Of a stretch of 64,000 nucleotides of DNA, positions 12,259-25,661 are shown in pieces. Positions within the stretch are counted from its first letter, which is position 1; each line of letters begins with the position of its first letter. The translations under genes and the position numbers were made by a program. This stretch comes from Tubiluchus corallicola (Eukaryota; Animalia; Priapulida), in contig JAQGDQ010000408.1 in assembly GCA_030141605.1 (NCBI GenBank), positions 143,596 through 207,595 of the forward strand, in the 5' to 3' direction. The notes below the pieces were generated by a model, which saw nothing but the letters and a program-made list of their open reading frames with translations, did no database searches and was not told the DNA's origin.

Positions 12259-15200
12259 CTGGAAAAAACAAACAATATGAATGTTTTACAGCTTACGGTT
12301 GCATTTTTGAATGAAAACAGTAAAATTTTTGTCTAAAGTGTATAAAAATAAATGGCTATCGAAAATGTATAATTGGGCAAGTGCATACTTCGCAGTCATC
12401 ACTACTCGAGATAAAATAAGTTGTAGTAAAGATTATGGACGATACTCCTACAAGGCTAAGAATTTGAAATACCGTTTATATAAGAGAGAAGCCACGATAT
12501 GACTTAAAGTCTGATGTATCAGTTGGCTAGAAATCTTAAAGTCGTTGGAGATCTTTAACCACAAACAAAGTTCAGTTAATTTTTAATTTTTTAACATTTA
12601 CAATATTAAAAAGAGCACTTACAAATGCAAATTTCGTCAATTAAATGTGCTTTACTTGCAAAACTCTGTGGTAAACAAAGGCTCTATGATAAACAAAGCC
12701 AATAAAATTCTTGGAGCCATCAAACACACATAAACAGTGAAATGATTGTTCAGATAATCAAAACTCTTATTAGACGACTCCTAGAATATGCAAATGTTGT
12801 TTGGGGACCAAGGTTTATAGGAGATGCTGAACTCATAGAAAATGGGCAACGAAGGGCTGCCAGCTGGTTCCATCATCTGTGACTTGAATTACACGGAAAG
12901 ACTAAGAAAATTAAGCATTCCATCTTTACAATACAGACTTTACAATACATCTTTACAAGATGCCAAGAAAGTGACATGATTCACGTTTTTAGAATTATCA
13001 ATGGAATCGATGTTTTGGACAAGTCATCGTTCTTTTTAAGGAATTCAGCATTTACAAGCGGACATCCTTATAAACTCAGAGCCAAACTGGACGTAAGCAA
13101 GTACATCTTCAGCAACCGAGTATTAAACAGTTGGAACAGTTTAAGCAGCAAAACTATAGCATCTAAATCAATAAATGAATTTAAACGATATGAGTGGAAT
13201 CAAAAAAAAATTTGTACCATACACATACTAATGCCAGCAGAGAACAGGCATTACAGGTGATCTACTATCTACCTCTAGCCTTAACATTGGATATGAATAT
13301 GGATACGGATTGGGCAATTTGATGAATTTACATATGTGATTCTGCTGAACACGCCTTTGTCAAGGACCTGTGCAACGCAAGTTCGCAAACCATTTTCACT
13401 TATTAACGCCATTTAAAGTGCTACAGTGTACTTCTTAAAACAGAAATTTACTTGCGTAATCTTGGCTGTTTTTATTGACTGTGACTGCTTAGCTAAATAT
13501 TAATCAATTAATCATGATTACAATGACATATACATCGACGAATGCACGGTAATACAATTAATTGACAGCAAAATGTGAGCGTTACACACTGACTAAAATG
13601 TGTTATTTTAGTACAAATGAATTGAATCTTTGCACTTTTTCTTCATTTTTCTCGCTTTACACAAATGCGCACAATCACGAACAACAGTGTTGCAAACTGG
13701 GAGTTTAAACTTCATTGTCATGTGACCCGTGGGTGTGTGTGATTGAAGTGATGTGCTCATACAGTAGTTAACAAAAAAGCGGTATGTGTCTAAGAAATAG
13801 CGTGGGAGTACAAAAATGGCAGACAGAAATGAAAGCTGTGAAGAGGTTACAGGTTATGTTTCACTGCAGTAGCAATGAAATGTAGCTAACACTAAAAATC
13901 GTCGCAAAAGATTAATCGTGACATCGAATTATAAGAACAGGATTATGACTAGATTACAAAATTTCAGAATTGTTCGTGCAAACCTGCTGAATAGTAATGG
14001 ACGACAACACATTAGTTATAATCCAGTTGACCATGTGCCGCTGTTGCATTCGTAACGTCGAGTTCTGTACATCTAGCTGGTAATCTAGTCTATTCTTCAC
14101 CTCTTGGTAAGCAGTGAACAAACGTTCTCTGTAAGCTGCTTCTATCTGTAGAGCTACGTTCTCCTGAATAGAAAAACTCACAAAATCAAATTACAGCTTT
14201 TGATGAAATGGAAGAGAAAAAGTCAGAAGTCTTCTAACTGACTGCTTTCTTTCTAAACAGTTAAACCTCTTTATACCACTTACTTTAAGAGTGCAAAAAA
14301 GATGGCATTGAGTTTGGCATTAAGGGAGGCTGGCATTACAAAGGGAAACATTACAACGAGGTTTGACTGTAATTGGATTTGCAGCATCACGAAATGCTCC
14401 ATTTTCTAAGGTTTCTTCAGTAAGGAATGCAAGATCCCCAGTGCTGCAGTAAAGCTTTAAGTGGACAAGTGAAGTTTGATATGACTTAAGGTCGGTGTAT
14501 CAGTTAGCAAGAAATTTAATGTAACTAGATTTATCTCAAACGAACCCTCGGGCAAATAATAATAGAAAACGGAAAAAGAAATTACATCTAACCAGTGAAA
14601 GAAAGGCAGCTAATACTGGTTACTGATTCAAATCCTCTTTGAACTGCAAATACATTCTTTCATTCTTATCTTGCTCTGATCATTAGGGGTGAGAATCGAG
14701 CGTTCGAATTCAACTGGAACGAGTTTTTTAAATTCGAATTTGATTCGAACCTAAAATTATAGATTCGAATAATTCAGCACTTCAGCCACATACGTTCTTT
14801 ATCATTAAAATGTTTGAAACAGCAGGCAAACAGAACAATTTAGCTGCAGTTTCTGTGCAAAATTTTAACAAACTAATAATGGTTTTACTTCAAAACAAAA
14901 TAAAGTAATATGCATGATCACAGTAAGACCACTTTTTACTAGTAGTTCGGAAACTGGTTCGAAAATCTTTCAAACTCGATTCGAATTCGAAATACTAAAG
15001 CTCGGTTCGACACGAAAGTCGCAAATTCGATGCTTATTCGTTTCTGGTAGAGAATGCTCACCCTACTGATCATGCAGTGATTCGGTTTCAATACTCTTTA
15101 GGTCGTTTACTATGATTAATGCAAGTCTGAACAAACGCGAGCATACTGCTTGCATAAGTAGCCTATTACACGTTAGCATAACTACGTTATTCCAACCAAA

Positions 15201-18200
15201 TAGTTTGTAGTAATCTAGTTAACTTACTCTTTTGGCGTCAAAGAGGTACTTCTCTCCGTCTGCTTGCCACTGAGCCGTTTCCTCATTTTTTATATTCTGT
15301 TTCAAACCATCTATGGCAGTGTTTCTAAATGCTTTGTAGTTGTCTTCCACTTTCTGAAAACCAGCCGATGAATGTTATTACTGCAAAATACAGCGTGTGC
15401 AGACTGCATTACTAACTGATCAGAGGAGTCTAGTAAACTCTGCATAATTTAAATCCAACCGGACCAAAAAAAGTTGGAGTTAGGCTATGCTGACAGTTTA
15501 CAGCATAGAAACTCTTAGCTCCTCCTTAGACAGAGGCAGTGAATTCGAACAAAAAATGTCAATAGAGTGATTGTTTTCACGTGGCCGATTGACACTTTCC
15601 CAGAAAGATCGATCCCAGAGCAAATAATCGGGGACCTGTAAGACATCAGAATTTTCCTGGAAGACAATACTGTTTTTGACATGTATGAAACTTTTTATTT
15701 CTCTAGGGTATGAATTGCATTTTTGAGTTAGGCGAAAAAATTACATGTACTTTGATTAAACGGACCATTTTTTTTTGAGTTAGACGAAATTTTGAGTTAA
15801 GCGATGTTTTTTTGTTCCAAAAACGAAGAATGTTATCCGTTTTGCTGAAATTCTTTGAGCTAGACAAAAATTTGAGTTATGAATTTATGGTATTAGCCAA
15901 GTGGTCACAATGTTTGCTTAGCGAAAGAAGTTGAGCAATACCGAGGCAGGTTTATAAATGCATAGGTGACCGAACTAAAATGTTCAACATGGAGGACAGC
16001 ATTGTACAAATAAATTTTGTACATTCTGTGCTCGTTTGCTCATCCTTAATAACGAGACTATGTACCAGTCTTGCCGCAAAGATCCAACACGTCGTTGAAT
16101 GTGTAAAGCTGCATTAGAGAAAATACAAAATGAAAAATAAAGAAATGGTTTTTCCTGTTTTCATCTTTAGGTTTCTAGTTATTCTGCTTTTTTCCCTGAC
16201 AATGCTCTTTCATACGTGATATTTCCATCGACTGTGTTCACGTTACGAAATCCCCCAAAAATCGTATTTAGTCATTGTATGTAGTTTTTTTACCTAAAAA
16301 TAATCACGAGAATATGTCTCACCGGAAACGTTGTGTTTTTGCTTTATTGTGGAAAATTTTTACTAACTGCATCAATTTCTGTCACGAAGAATTGTCTCTT
16401 TATCGCACTAATTTTGTTACTATTTAATAGAACCAATAACGAACAAGTAACAAATTTCTTGATACCAAAAAAATTCCCCAAAAAACAGCAATTTGAGTCA
16501 TCTTTTTTTCTTTGCAGTACAGAATATGTACCTCGATTTCCTTGTCCAAGTATTTGGCCGTTGCCGGTCCCCACTTTTTAACAGCATAAATAATCATGAT
16601 GGCGATTGAGATGCCAGTGTACAGCTCATGTTCAAGCACATAGATCTCCTTCGATAAGAGAAAAGATATGAAGCCGATGCCAAATAGGTATGGTCCTAGA
16701 AAACACAAACTAAATGGTTATACATATGCGACAATATAGTCAACACACACGTGCATTTAACATAACTTGTGTGCTTGCATAGCAAAATCGTCAACAAGTT
16801 AACAATTGAGTTTCTCTAGTTATTCACATATCCTGAATCTCCATTTCACGAGGATCATTTTGATACCAAGCTCATCGCTCTGTATTGTTTCTAGGCTGAG
16901 ATAATCCACATTGAAGTCGAGGTGCAGGCTGCACACAGGAAAACATAACCCTGAGAAAACCGCTGTTAAAGTTAGCCATTGTTTTTATCACAGTTCTACA
17001 AAACACTTAGCAACCACACAAATGTTGGTTGCTACAGACTTTATAAAAACTCAGTAGATGACTCTTCCAAGCGAAGATCTGGGCTTGACAACAGAAAAAA
17101 CCAAAAGTAAAATGATTTCTTCCATGAGCTAATACCGGAGATTGAAAATACAAGTTTTTCTCAATTGTAATACTAGTTTCTAGACAGAAATGTGAGCTTC
17201 AGGTTATAAAATTAGATTTTTAAACATATTCTTGACAATTTGGTGCTGGAATTTTAAAGTCCAATATATTCAGCATTTGTTTTTATAAAAAAAAACAAAA
17301 AAATTTGGTGTATTCTACTTTGAAGCATCAGAACGTAGTTTTATCAACTATGCCGACTTACGGACGATGTTGGTGTGCAAGCACACATTTGTACAAAAGA
17401 CAAGATCACAGAGTTGTTATCGAATATGTCAGTATAGGTTTTACTCTATAATTCGAAAACACGCGCAGTGCATAAAAAACATAATACAAATTCTGATTTG
17501 TGGTTGTGCGGTTCTAATAACGGCTGAGCATTCTCTACCAGAAAGTGAATTCGAATCGAAACTAATTTGTGATGAATCGAAACGAAATTTCAAGATTTCA
17601 AATCTGACTTCGAATTTAGTTTTAAAATATTCAAATAAATTTTTGAATCACAAATGAAAATTGTTCTTACAAAGATCATGAATATTACTTGACATTGCTC
17701 TATAGCAAAAACACCAATTTGTTTAAAAATTGTAAACAGAAACTGCCGCTAAACTGAGCCAAATGCATGATGTTTCAAACGTTTTACTGATAAAGGATGC
17801 ATGTAGTTAAACTGCTGAATTTCTCGAATCTATAATTTTAGGTCCAAATGATCTTGAACTAAAAAACTCGTTTGAATTGAATTCGAACATTCGATGCCCA
17901 CACTTAGTTCTAACCCAATTCAATTTGAAAAACAAATTTCATGGACAGTTGTACAACAATCAAAAACAAAATGCCGTACCAGTGACACCAGTCTTTTCAT
18001 AAAAAAACTGAAACCACTCCTCTGGAATAAATCCGAATCTAACTTTTCCAGGATCAACCAGGCGAACAGGTCTGGCAAACTTCACAACATCGGTGCTCTC
18101 ATCCTTCTTTTGCGTAACATCTGTTGAAGCACTGGCTCTCGAGCTGCTCAACACGACAATGCGAGGTTTGGCCAAAACAGTTAAAGTTGTAGCTACAAAG

Positions 18201-19993
18201 AGAATATGCAAAAATGCTGAAAAATAAATTAAAGGGAGCACACAAAAATTTAGGTACTAAATGTAGTTAATTAGTGACAGATATTCCAGTAATGTCTATT
18301 ATTGTACTATAAGCCTATTATTATACCATGTATGGTTCAGAGATACTGCTAGTCTGCATTTGAACAGGGCGCCCCATCTACACTCGCTCCAAAAAAATTT
18401 AAAAATGTGTATAGTTCTCACAATTAAATAAATTTTATCTTTTTCATCTAGTTTGTTCACCAATCCGTCAAAATTATCCCGAAGCTATACCGTATACGCT
18501 TCCTGTAGAACCTTAGGTTTTGCTTTTTACTTTAGGAGCGAAATTAGGCCGCAGTTAGGGCGTACACGGGCTTATGCGTTACGTTAATTACGAGGCATTA
18601 CTTGAGCACGGATATACTAAAAATGATTTACTTTGCCATTGTGTACCCACACATTAACTATTGTATCTTATCGTGGGGCACAGCAAAAAAATCTGTTTTG
18701 AAACCACTTACAGCAGCACATAACAAAATTATCAAAACAATGACTTTTGCTGGGTTCCGAGATCATGCTACCCCCTCCTATTATGCTTTGCAATTATTAA
18801 AAATTAATGAAATTTATAAGCTTGAGTTAGCGAAATTCATGTTCAACTATAAAAAGGGCATTCTACCTAAATTATACGGCAATTATTTCAAAAAGATTAG
18901 TGACGTTCACCAGTATTCTACGAGAGCAGCTACCAAACAAAACTATTTTCAGGAAAGATTTAACACAACAAAAGGTTTACAAACTTTAAAACATAATGGT
19001 ACAGTTCTATGGAATACTCTTTCAGATGATCTTAAGCAATCAACTAGTATCTGTCACTTAAGTAAATTATATAAATGTCAACTCTTGCAAACTTATTACT
19101 GAACAACTTTTATTCCTTTTGCAAGAGCAGTTACTGTTATAGCAGGATCAATTAACTTCCATATTTAATTGTTTATTGTCCAACTTCTGTAGATCATTTT
19201 CAAAGTCTGGACTCCAATTGTCAATCTCCTCATGCAGTCATACAGGTAATTTTTTGTGCTCTAACTATCTGCCAATTTATTTTACATCAGAACATCAAAA
19301 ATCGCTCTGTATTTTTTTACATTATGCTTGCGTTATAAAGTAAATTTCAGTTGCCATTGTTATTATGTTCCTGATGTCAGATTTTTATTTCAGTTATTGT
19401 TTCAGTCCTTATTTCAGTTATCTTCAGTTTGATTTTTTTATTATTATTATTATGCACTTATTATTACTGTGTATGAATTGTACTAACACGTTATAAGCAT
19501 ATCATTATCAATTTTATGTCATTCCTAACAATTTAGTTTTTATTATAAGCAGTACTAACACTATTACACTGTAGCATAGCGCCTTTAAAAAATGTTCATC
19601 ACTAACCAAAGGGCAGCTGACTAGATGACCAATTGGTCTTTCGCTGCCCTTTCTTCGCATTTTTGTTGCTAAATTAATTGTATTGTAACTGTGTGTGTTA
19701 AAAGATAAATAAAAGATTATTATTATTATTATTATTATTACCGACTACCCCCTAACATCTTAACTACTGTATGAAGTTTATAAAGCTTAATAAGTTTACT
19801 ACTGCTATGAAATTGACAAGTTGTGCTACATCAGTTGATAGTTTCAAAAGGCATTTGAGAGAGGACCGTTTACAGATATAGCCATCTAGGTCCTTATTTC
19901 TCTGGATAAGGTATTATTGATAACATTTTAAAAATTTAATTTAAGAAGTTAATTACCTGGTCGTAACCGAAGCGCCAACCGAGAAATCATCAT
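12184..19993 (-). CDS. ATP5PB: Mitochondrial ATP synthase peripheral stalk subunit b (ATP5F1), complete 6-exon CDS (264 aa)
   Basis: Exons 19957-19993, 17980-18192, 16532-16695, 15228-15353, 13984-14163, 12184-12258. All GT-AG, total 795 nt. Arg-rich presequence [12 protein letters not shown]; motifs [74 protein letters not shown]. Confidence 0.96.
12690..13280 (+). mobile_element. CR1-like LINE 3' fragment in ATP5PB intron 5
   Basis: Remnant peptides [43 protein letters not shown] typical of the CR1 ORF2 C-terminus; frameshifted. Confidence 0.8.
13984..14163 (-). CDS. ATP5PB: ATP5PB exon 5
   Basis: Acceptor attcag, donor gtttgc; [15 protein letters not shown]...VNWI. Confidence 0.95.
14684..15065. 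mobile_element. hAT-type MITE with 8-bp TSD
   Basis: Ends TAGGGGTGAG / CTCACCCTA, flanked by identical CTGATCAT (14676-14683 and 15066-15073); subterminal TTCGAA repeats. Confidence 0.85.
15228..15353 (-). CDS. ATP5PB: ATP5PB exon 4
   Basis: Acceptor tttcag, donor gtaagt; KVEDNY...YLFDAKR. Confidence 0.94.
16532..16695 (-). CDS. ATP5PB: ATP5PB exon 3 (transmembrane segments)
   Basis: Acceptor ttctag, donor gtacat; PYLFGIG...SKEIYV. Confidence 0.95.
16768..17387. mobile_element. Non-autonomous DNA element, same family as 6967-7379
   Basis: TIR TGTGTGCTTGCA / TGCAAGCACACA; reverse-complement similarity to the YJU2 intron copy. Confidence 0.7.
17519..17906. mobile_element. hAT-type MITE, inverted sister copy of 14684-15065
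   Basis: Left end TGAGCATTCTCTACCAGAAA is the reverse complement of the right end of copy 1; TSD GTTCTAAT / GTTCTAAC. Confidence 0.75.
17980..18192 (-). CDS. ATP5PB: ATP5PB exon 2
   Basis: Acceptor ttgtag, donor gtacgg; FIPEEWF and KTGVTG motifs. Confidence 0.94.
18596..19740 (+). mobile_element. 5'-truncated LINE (L2/CR1-group) in ATP5PB intron 1
   Basis: ORF 18602-19102 ([22 protein letters not shown]...HQYSTR...GTVLWNTL) is a post-RT ORF2 C-terminus, followed by a 3'UTR, AATAAA and an (ATT)n tail. Confidence 0.85.
19957..19993 (-). CDS. ATP5PB: ATP5PB exon 1 ([12 protein letters not shown], targeting peptide)
   Basis: Tandem ATGs at 19993 and 19990; donor G|gtaatt, phase 1, matching exon 2. 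Confidence 0.85.
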
Positions 19994-20581
19994 TTCTCGA
20001 ACATAAACTCGAGTTTTACGTATAAAATTCTACATACAGTCATACAGCACACCGGCTCACGAACCAAAATGGCTACCTATTCACCTTGATGATGACCACG
20101 AGCCGTTTGATAATCGAAAGCAATCCATAGATAAATGTTACTTCATATCTATGGATCAGAATTCAGAGTCTCGGTCTCAAAATTGTTTCAACAATATAAT
20201 TATACACTATTTCTGCTGTTTTTGTCAAATGATTTACAAAACGATATAGTGTATAAAACTCCAATTCAGGCGCGTTACTTTAACTTGCAAATAAACAATT
20301 TCAAAAACCATTTCAGAACTTTTATAGTTTTTAAAACAACATTCCTGAGACTTTACACTGAAATTATTTATGAAGATGTTTCTCAAAATGTTGCGAAAAT
20401 GTGTGTTCACGGGCCACATCTACAACAGTTCTGGTGTGACCATCCAGGCAAATATTTTCAATTTAAATATAAATTATTTTGATCTTTTCTTTCAATCTAA
20501 GTCCATGTTGAATTCGGTTCAGCCTACTGTTTCAAATGTAGCAGTTCTAAATTAAAAACTCTGAAAAGTTTTGCATGTAAA

Positions 20582-20650
20582 CAATGCAAGGACTCGAAAC
20601 GAAAACCTTCTGTTTCCTGGACAGCTATGCTACCATTATACTACAGATAC
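20582..20650 (-). pseudogene. tRNA-like sequence (SINE head or tRNA pseudogene)
   Basis: Minus strand has an A box TAGTATAATGG, an anticodon-like arm CTGT..ACAG and a B-box-like TTTCGAGTCC; the acceptor stem does not pair. Confidence 0.45.
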
Positions 20651-21454
20651 AGTCTGATTCTTCAGACCCTGAAATTTGCACTATAAGCCACTAGTTGATC
20701 TATCAACAAAGATGTCTACTCTATAACCCACTCAAGATAGTATTAAATCAATCATATAAAATACAAAAGCAAATTTGTTTCCCTATGCAGTTTAACTCTA
20801 CATGTTCGAAAATAAAATAACGTTGATAATTCTCGTTTGGAAAACTGCTGACATAAAGCCATTGTTTGTGACGTCATCAAATTATATTTTACCCATAGAC
20901 TTTGTTTACATGAATAAGCAAATGCTGACCGCAAGATAAGTCCACTAGATTTAGTCTATTATCATCATTTTAAGTAGCAATAACACTAGTGAAAGCTACG
21001 CAGAACCCTTTATAAAGACGATATGGAATAGCTGAATATAATATACCACACCACATCTCACCGGACAACGGCGATACCACCAACAACAACGATGCGCAAA
21101 AATTTTGACAGACATTTGGACACAGGTTGATTCGCCTTCAACACAAAACTTTAGACACAGACAGATGTCATTTGACCATAAAGTACTAATGGACACATGG
21201 GTTATTTAGATGCACAAAAATTTGAACGCAGCACTTTCAACACAAAGCACTTGGACACATCATTTAGCTACATACATAGATTGGACACAAGGTATTTTGG
21301 AGGCGGATAAGGACTATTTTGACACATTTATAGGTAATTTGGGCACAAGGTGATTTGGACGCATTGGCCATTTGGATACAAAGGCCCTTTGGGCTGTTAT
21401 CGGCGTTTTGGCGTTATAGGATACTTGGACATTAGGTGTTTTTGGACGGTGCAC

Positions 21455-22327
21455 GGTAAAAGTGTCACAGGAAAAATGGCACAAATGGAAAAGTAGGAAA
21501 AATGGTACATATGTTATTTTGATGTAATTGATTTCTATAATAAAACTAGAATGCGCTCAGGTCTTTGCCAAAGCCGAACAATCCTAAACTTATTCGTCTG
21601 ATTTTTTTTATTCAAAAAATAACACAAAGATAAACAAGCAAACATACAAAAATGTGTATGTATTGATAAAATATAGACTAGCAAAGGATTGATTTAAATA
21701 GATTTAGAATCAATGATGCACGAATGTTTCACATAGTGTTTATCTATCCTTTTAACCATTAATTTTGGCGATGGTAATGGACTGACAAATATATACATAT
21801 TTATATACCAAGTCACCGTATAAGGCTAAAAACATTAATAATAAGCATTACACAGTTTTACAAGCGAATTTTTTTCGAAATGGAACTGGAAACTAGCTCG
21901 TAGTTGTTTGTCCAGGTGGAGATAACGACAAGGAAGTACTAAACACTCCGTCTGGGACCTCCAAGAAGTGCTTCACGCACGTTTTTTTTGTACGTGGTGG
22001 TTTGGTAAAATTTTGCGAAATAAGAACCAGCAGAAAGATTCCCATTTTGGCGCCTTATACCCGTCTTTCTAGACAAAGTTCCTTGGAAATCTGTTACTCA
22101 GTAATTGCGTAATAGGCTTACTGCCATAACAGACAAGAACAACCAAACAAACAGACAAAAAACTTTATTGAAACATAACTTCATTCGCAGAGGTAAAAAG
22201 AAGTAAAATAATTATTCTCCAGTGTAACCCTAAGCCTTAACACATTTTACTATGTGCGCCATATTTACCTGTGCCACTTTTACCTACTTTTCCATTTGTG
22301 CAATTTTTTCCTGTGCCATTTTTACCT
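21455..22327. mobile_element. TIR element with about 55-bp imperfect inverted repeats
   Basis: GGTAAAAGTGTCACAGGAAAAATGGCACAAATGGAAAAGTAGG versus CCTACTTTTCCATTTGTGCAATTTTTTCCTGTGCCATTTTTACC. Confidence 0.75.
21544..22196 (+). mobile_element. Helentron/DINE-like non-autonomous element nested in 21455-22327
   Basis: Starts AACTAGAATG; ends with an ACAGACAAAC-type microsatellite then AAACATAACTTCATTCGCAGAGGTAA (short 3' hairpin), the recalled HINE architecture. Confidence 0.55.
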
Positions 22328-23339
22328 ACATTCGTTTAGAACACAACCGTAACCCTTCGCCATTTGCCAGGGTTACACTACAGTGGGGCGTTTCACTGCT
22401 GTAGCGGATAGCCCTATAGGCTGAAGCCTAAGGCCCGGGATCCAAAGGGGCCCGGCAAAATAAAACGAAAAAAAATTTAGTAAGAAACTAAAGTTACTTT
22501 CAGAGTTTCTGATTGGCTTATTTTAGTTGACATCTAACCCAGAAACTCACCAAGCTGTAATCGTGTTTATATGGTCCTAGTCCACAACTCAAGGATCAAG
22601 AAGATATAATTTTTATCACAATCGGTGGGCAAAAACTCACAAAATTAAACAAACTTACAAACGACGAGAGCTCCACAAAAACACGTCAGCTCAGCAGTGT
22701 AGCAACATTTAAAAGGCCCGTTCCAAGCTCGAGCCTAAGGCCCATAAAATCATAATCCGCCGCCGCGTTTGTCGTTGTAGTTGATGGTATGGTCGTTGAC
22801 ATACTGTGCAGTGTGATGTAGTCGGTTGGTGTGGAGGTGTCGTGTGGTGTGGTGCATTAGTGCAATGTAATGTGGTGTGCCATCGGTAGCTGTTTTGATG
22901 TGGTGCAGCTGGATTGCTGTGGGCTTTCGTACAAAATTGTTTTTGTGGGGTTTAGCTAGAAGAATTCTTCAAGATAATATCTTCGTTAACGACGTTGTCA
23001 TCATCGTGTAATCTGGGTTAGATTGTTTTGTAATGGGTGAGTGTGGTATGTAGAGTAGCATGGAGGATGTAGTGTAGTGTGGTGTGGTGTGGATGGTGAT
23101 CTGGGTGTAGTGTAAGGTGGTGTAGAATGTTGTTGACTTGTGTTTGTGAATTTTTATTGCGTGTGGGTGGTGTATGACGGTGGCTTTAGGCCCAAAATTT
23201 TTTAGGCTAAAATTATTGAATTCTTTAAGATCATTACCTAATACATTTTTAAATTACCTAAAAATATAAGCAGGGTTTTGTGCCTAGGAGACCCCACATC
23301 GACTTTATTCTGGCGTTGTGTGTTGTTGTGATCATAACA

Positions 23340-25661
23340 AATTAAATAATATTATTGAAATGTCAGGATATAACCATTATAAGCAAAAATTAGAAATATA
23401 TAAAAAGAATAATAAAAGTGACATGGAGAATTATGAAGGAAAAAATGAATAAAAGTAAAGTGCAAAACCAAATTAAACTATATCAATGACAACTTCTATT
23501 CAAATAACAAATTAATTACTGATATATTCAAAGAGTTTTTTTGCCAAAGTTGGACTATCACTTGCTGAGAAGATTATCGTGTCGAATCATCAATTTAAAC
23601 AACACTTAAAAAGGTAACTAATATAACATAACTTGTTCTTTTTTAATCAAGTTCCTCCTAATGACGTTCTTAATGTATCCAAACAATTAAAATAATACCA
23701 ACAAGAAATACGGAATTGACAACTAGATACTTAGGATATATCGCACACATATTTTCTCACAATCTTGATACTTATAACTCATATTTTAAATAAATCTCTT
23801 AATAATGTCACAAAATGAAACAAGCACTTATAGAGCTCCTCCATAAGCCTGGCGACAACACTAATTTAAAAAACTAACGACTAAAATCCATGTTATCCTT
23901 TTTTATTAACATACTTGAAAAATGTGTATACAATCATGTTTACAAATGTTTAATCAAAAATAATATGCTTGACAACAGCCAATTTGGATTCAGATCAGGA
24001 CTAGCTATTGAGCTAGTTTTAAATAAAGTTCGTGAACAAATTGCTAACACTATAAAAACAATTCAATCGCTGTTGGCATTTTTTGTGACTTATCTAAAGA
24101 CGTTGACACCATTGACCACAATATATATATATATATATATATACAAATTAAAAAACTTTTTCATAATTGTGTTCGAGAAATTCAAAAATGTGGGGTTTAA
24201 CAACTATCTCTGTGTAAGAAGCCACGTAGTTAGATACAGTCAATGTCTATCCAATACTAAATCCACGAAAGGTGGTGTACCACAAGGCTCTATTCTTGAG
24301 CCACTATTATTTTTAACATATGTAAACGACTTATCTCATGCCCTAACCAACAATGACTTATTTCAGTTTGTAGGTGACAAGACATCACTTTTTTTCCATT
24401 ATTAATATTCTTATTTTGTAATCTGAAATGAATAATAAACTTCCACTAATAGCTGATCGATTGGTTCAAAGCGAACAAATTATCACAAAATTTAAATCAA
24501 AGAACAACAAGAATACCTTATATTTCACTCTTAAAATAAAGGCTTCTGAACGACATTAACCAGTAGATTGAGGGACAAGAAATTGAAAGATCGAGTTCCA
24601 ACATAAGTTTCTTAGGTCATGTAATTAAGGAAAAATTTGATTGGAAAACACCTATTAAGTGTAAAAAATACTAAAAATCTTGGAATAATTAAGTTCTTTG
24701 AAGACAAACTAGACGAATCTCATCTTATAACACTCTGTTACTTACTAATACTATTATAGTTACCTAACTTAATGCTTCGCTTATATATTGTACGTTTTAT
24801 ACATCCAGTTTAACAACATTATATTTAGGCATCAAACAAAGTTTATAAGAATCGGCCAACATTTTTTCTGGCATCAAAGAACGTTATATCTCCACCTAAA
24901 CAGCTAATCTAAACGTACCACTATTGAAAGACGTACGTCTTTATTTATGACGAATGTGGCATATTAATTCTAGAAGACTTGATAACATGATTTATCATTT
25001 ATCTACTTATATGTACAAGACGTACTACAATTTGTTTCTCAGTTTTTTACAAATCCAATAACTGAGAACACAAAATACCGTTTTACAAAGTTCAAACACC
25101 ATCATGTCCTTATTGTTGCACAAATGTTGTCAAGCACTTTATTAAATTCAACGCCCCCCCCCGCCCCCCAATAACCGGAAAAACTAGGTGCCCAGGTAAA
25201 AATATACGAAACTCTCTACAGTTTCAAAAAGTATTTGAAATGAACCGTTCTAGATTCGTACTTATAATATAATCTTTGATATTTCTCACAGTCGCAATGG
25301 CTGGCTTTTCATTGTTTAGTCAAAAATCATTTATTTTCACACAATATATTTATAATACTATTTGAATATAACTTTATGTAATTTAAAACATACACTGGTT
25401 CTTTTGTTTTTCCTTTCCTTCTTCTTATCACTAATCTTACTATTTTTGCTTCATTATATCATGTGAGCTATCCCTAACCTTTCTTCATTCACTCATTCAT
25501 GGCGTCTTAAGCGCCTTTTCAAGGTGTCATGCAGCAATTATTTTATTCGGTTAATACGATTTCATCTATAATTAATTTTTTTTCTTATATTGTTTAGTCG
25601 ATTTATCTTGTATGTTGGTGTATATGTAACTAATGCTGAAAATAAATTGATTTGATTTGAT
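23340..25661 (+). mobile_element. Decayed LINE (L2/CR1-group) ORF2 with RT motifs and 3' tail
   Basis: ILEKCVYN, SQFGFRSG, GVPQGSILEPLLFLTYVNDL, and a degenerate FADD (FVGD); many stops; ends AATAAA-TTGATTTGATTTGA. Confidence 0.85.

Noticed and set aside
18602-19102. Independent 166-aa nested host gene
   Set aside because: Matches a LINE ORF2 C-terminus, has no ATG at its start, and is followed by a LINE-type (ATT)n tail.
20065-20075. YY1-like CAAAATGGCT motif upstream of ATP5PB
   Set aside because: A single short motif with no transcription start data; plausible but not supportable.
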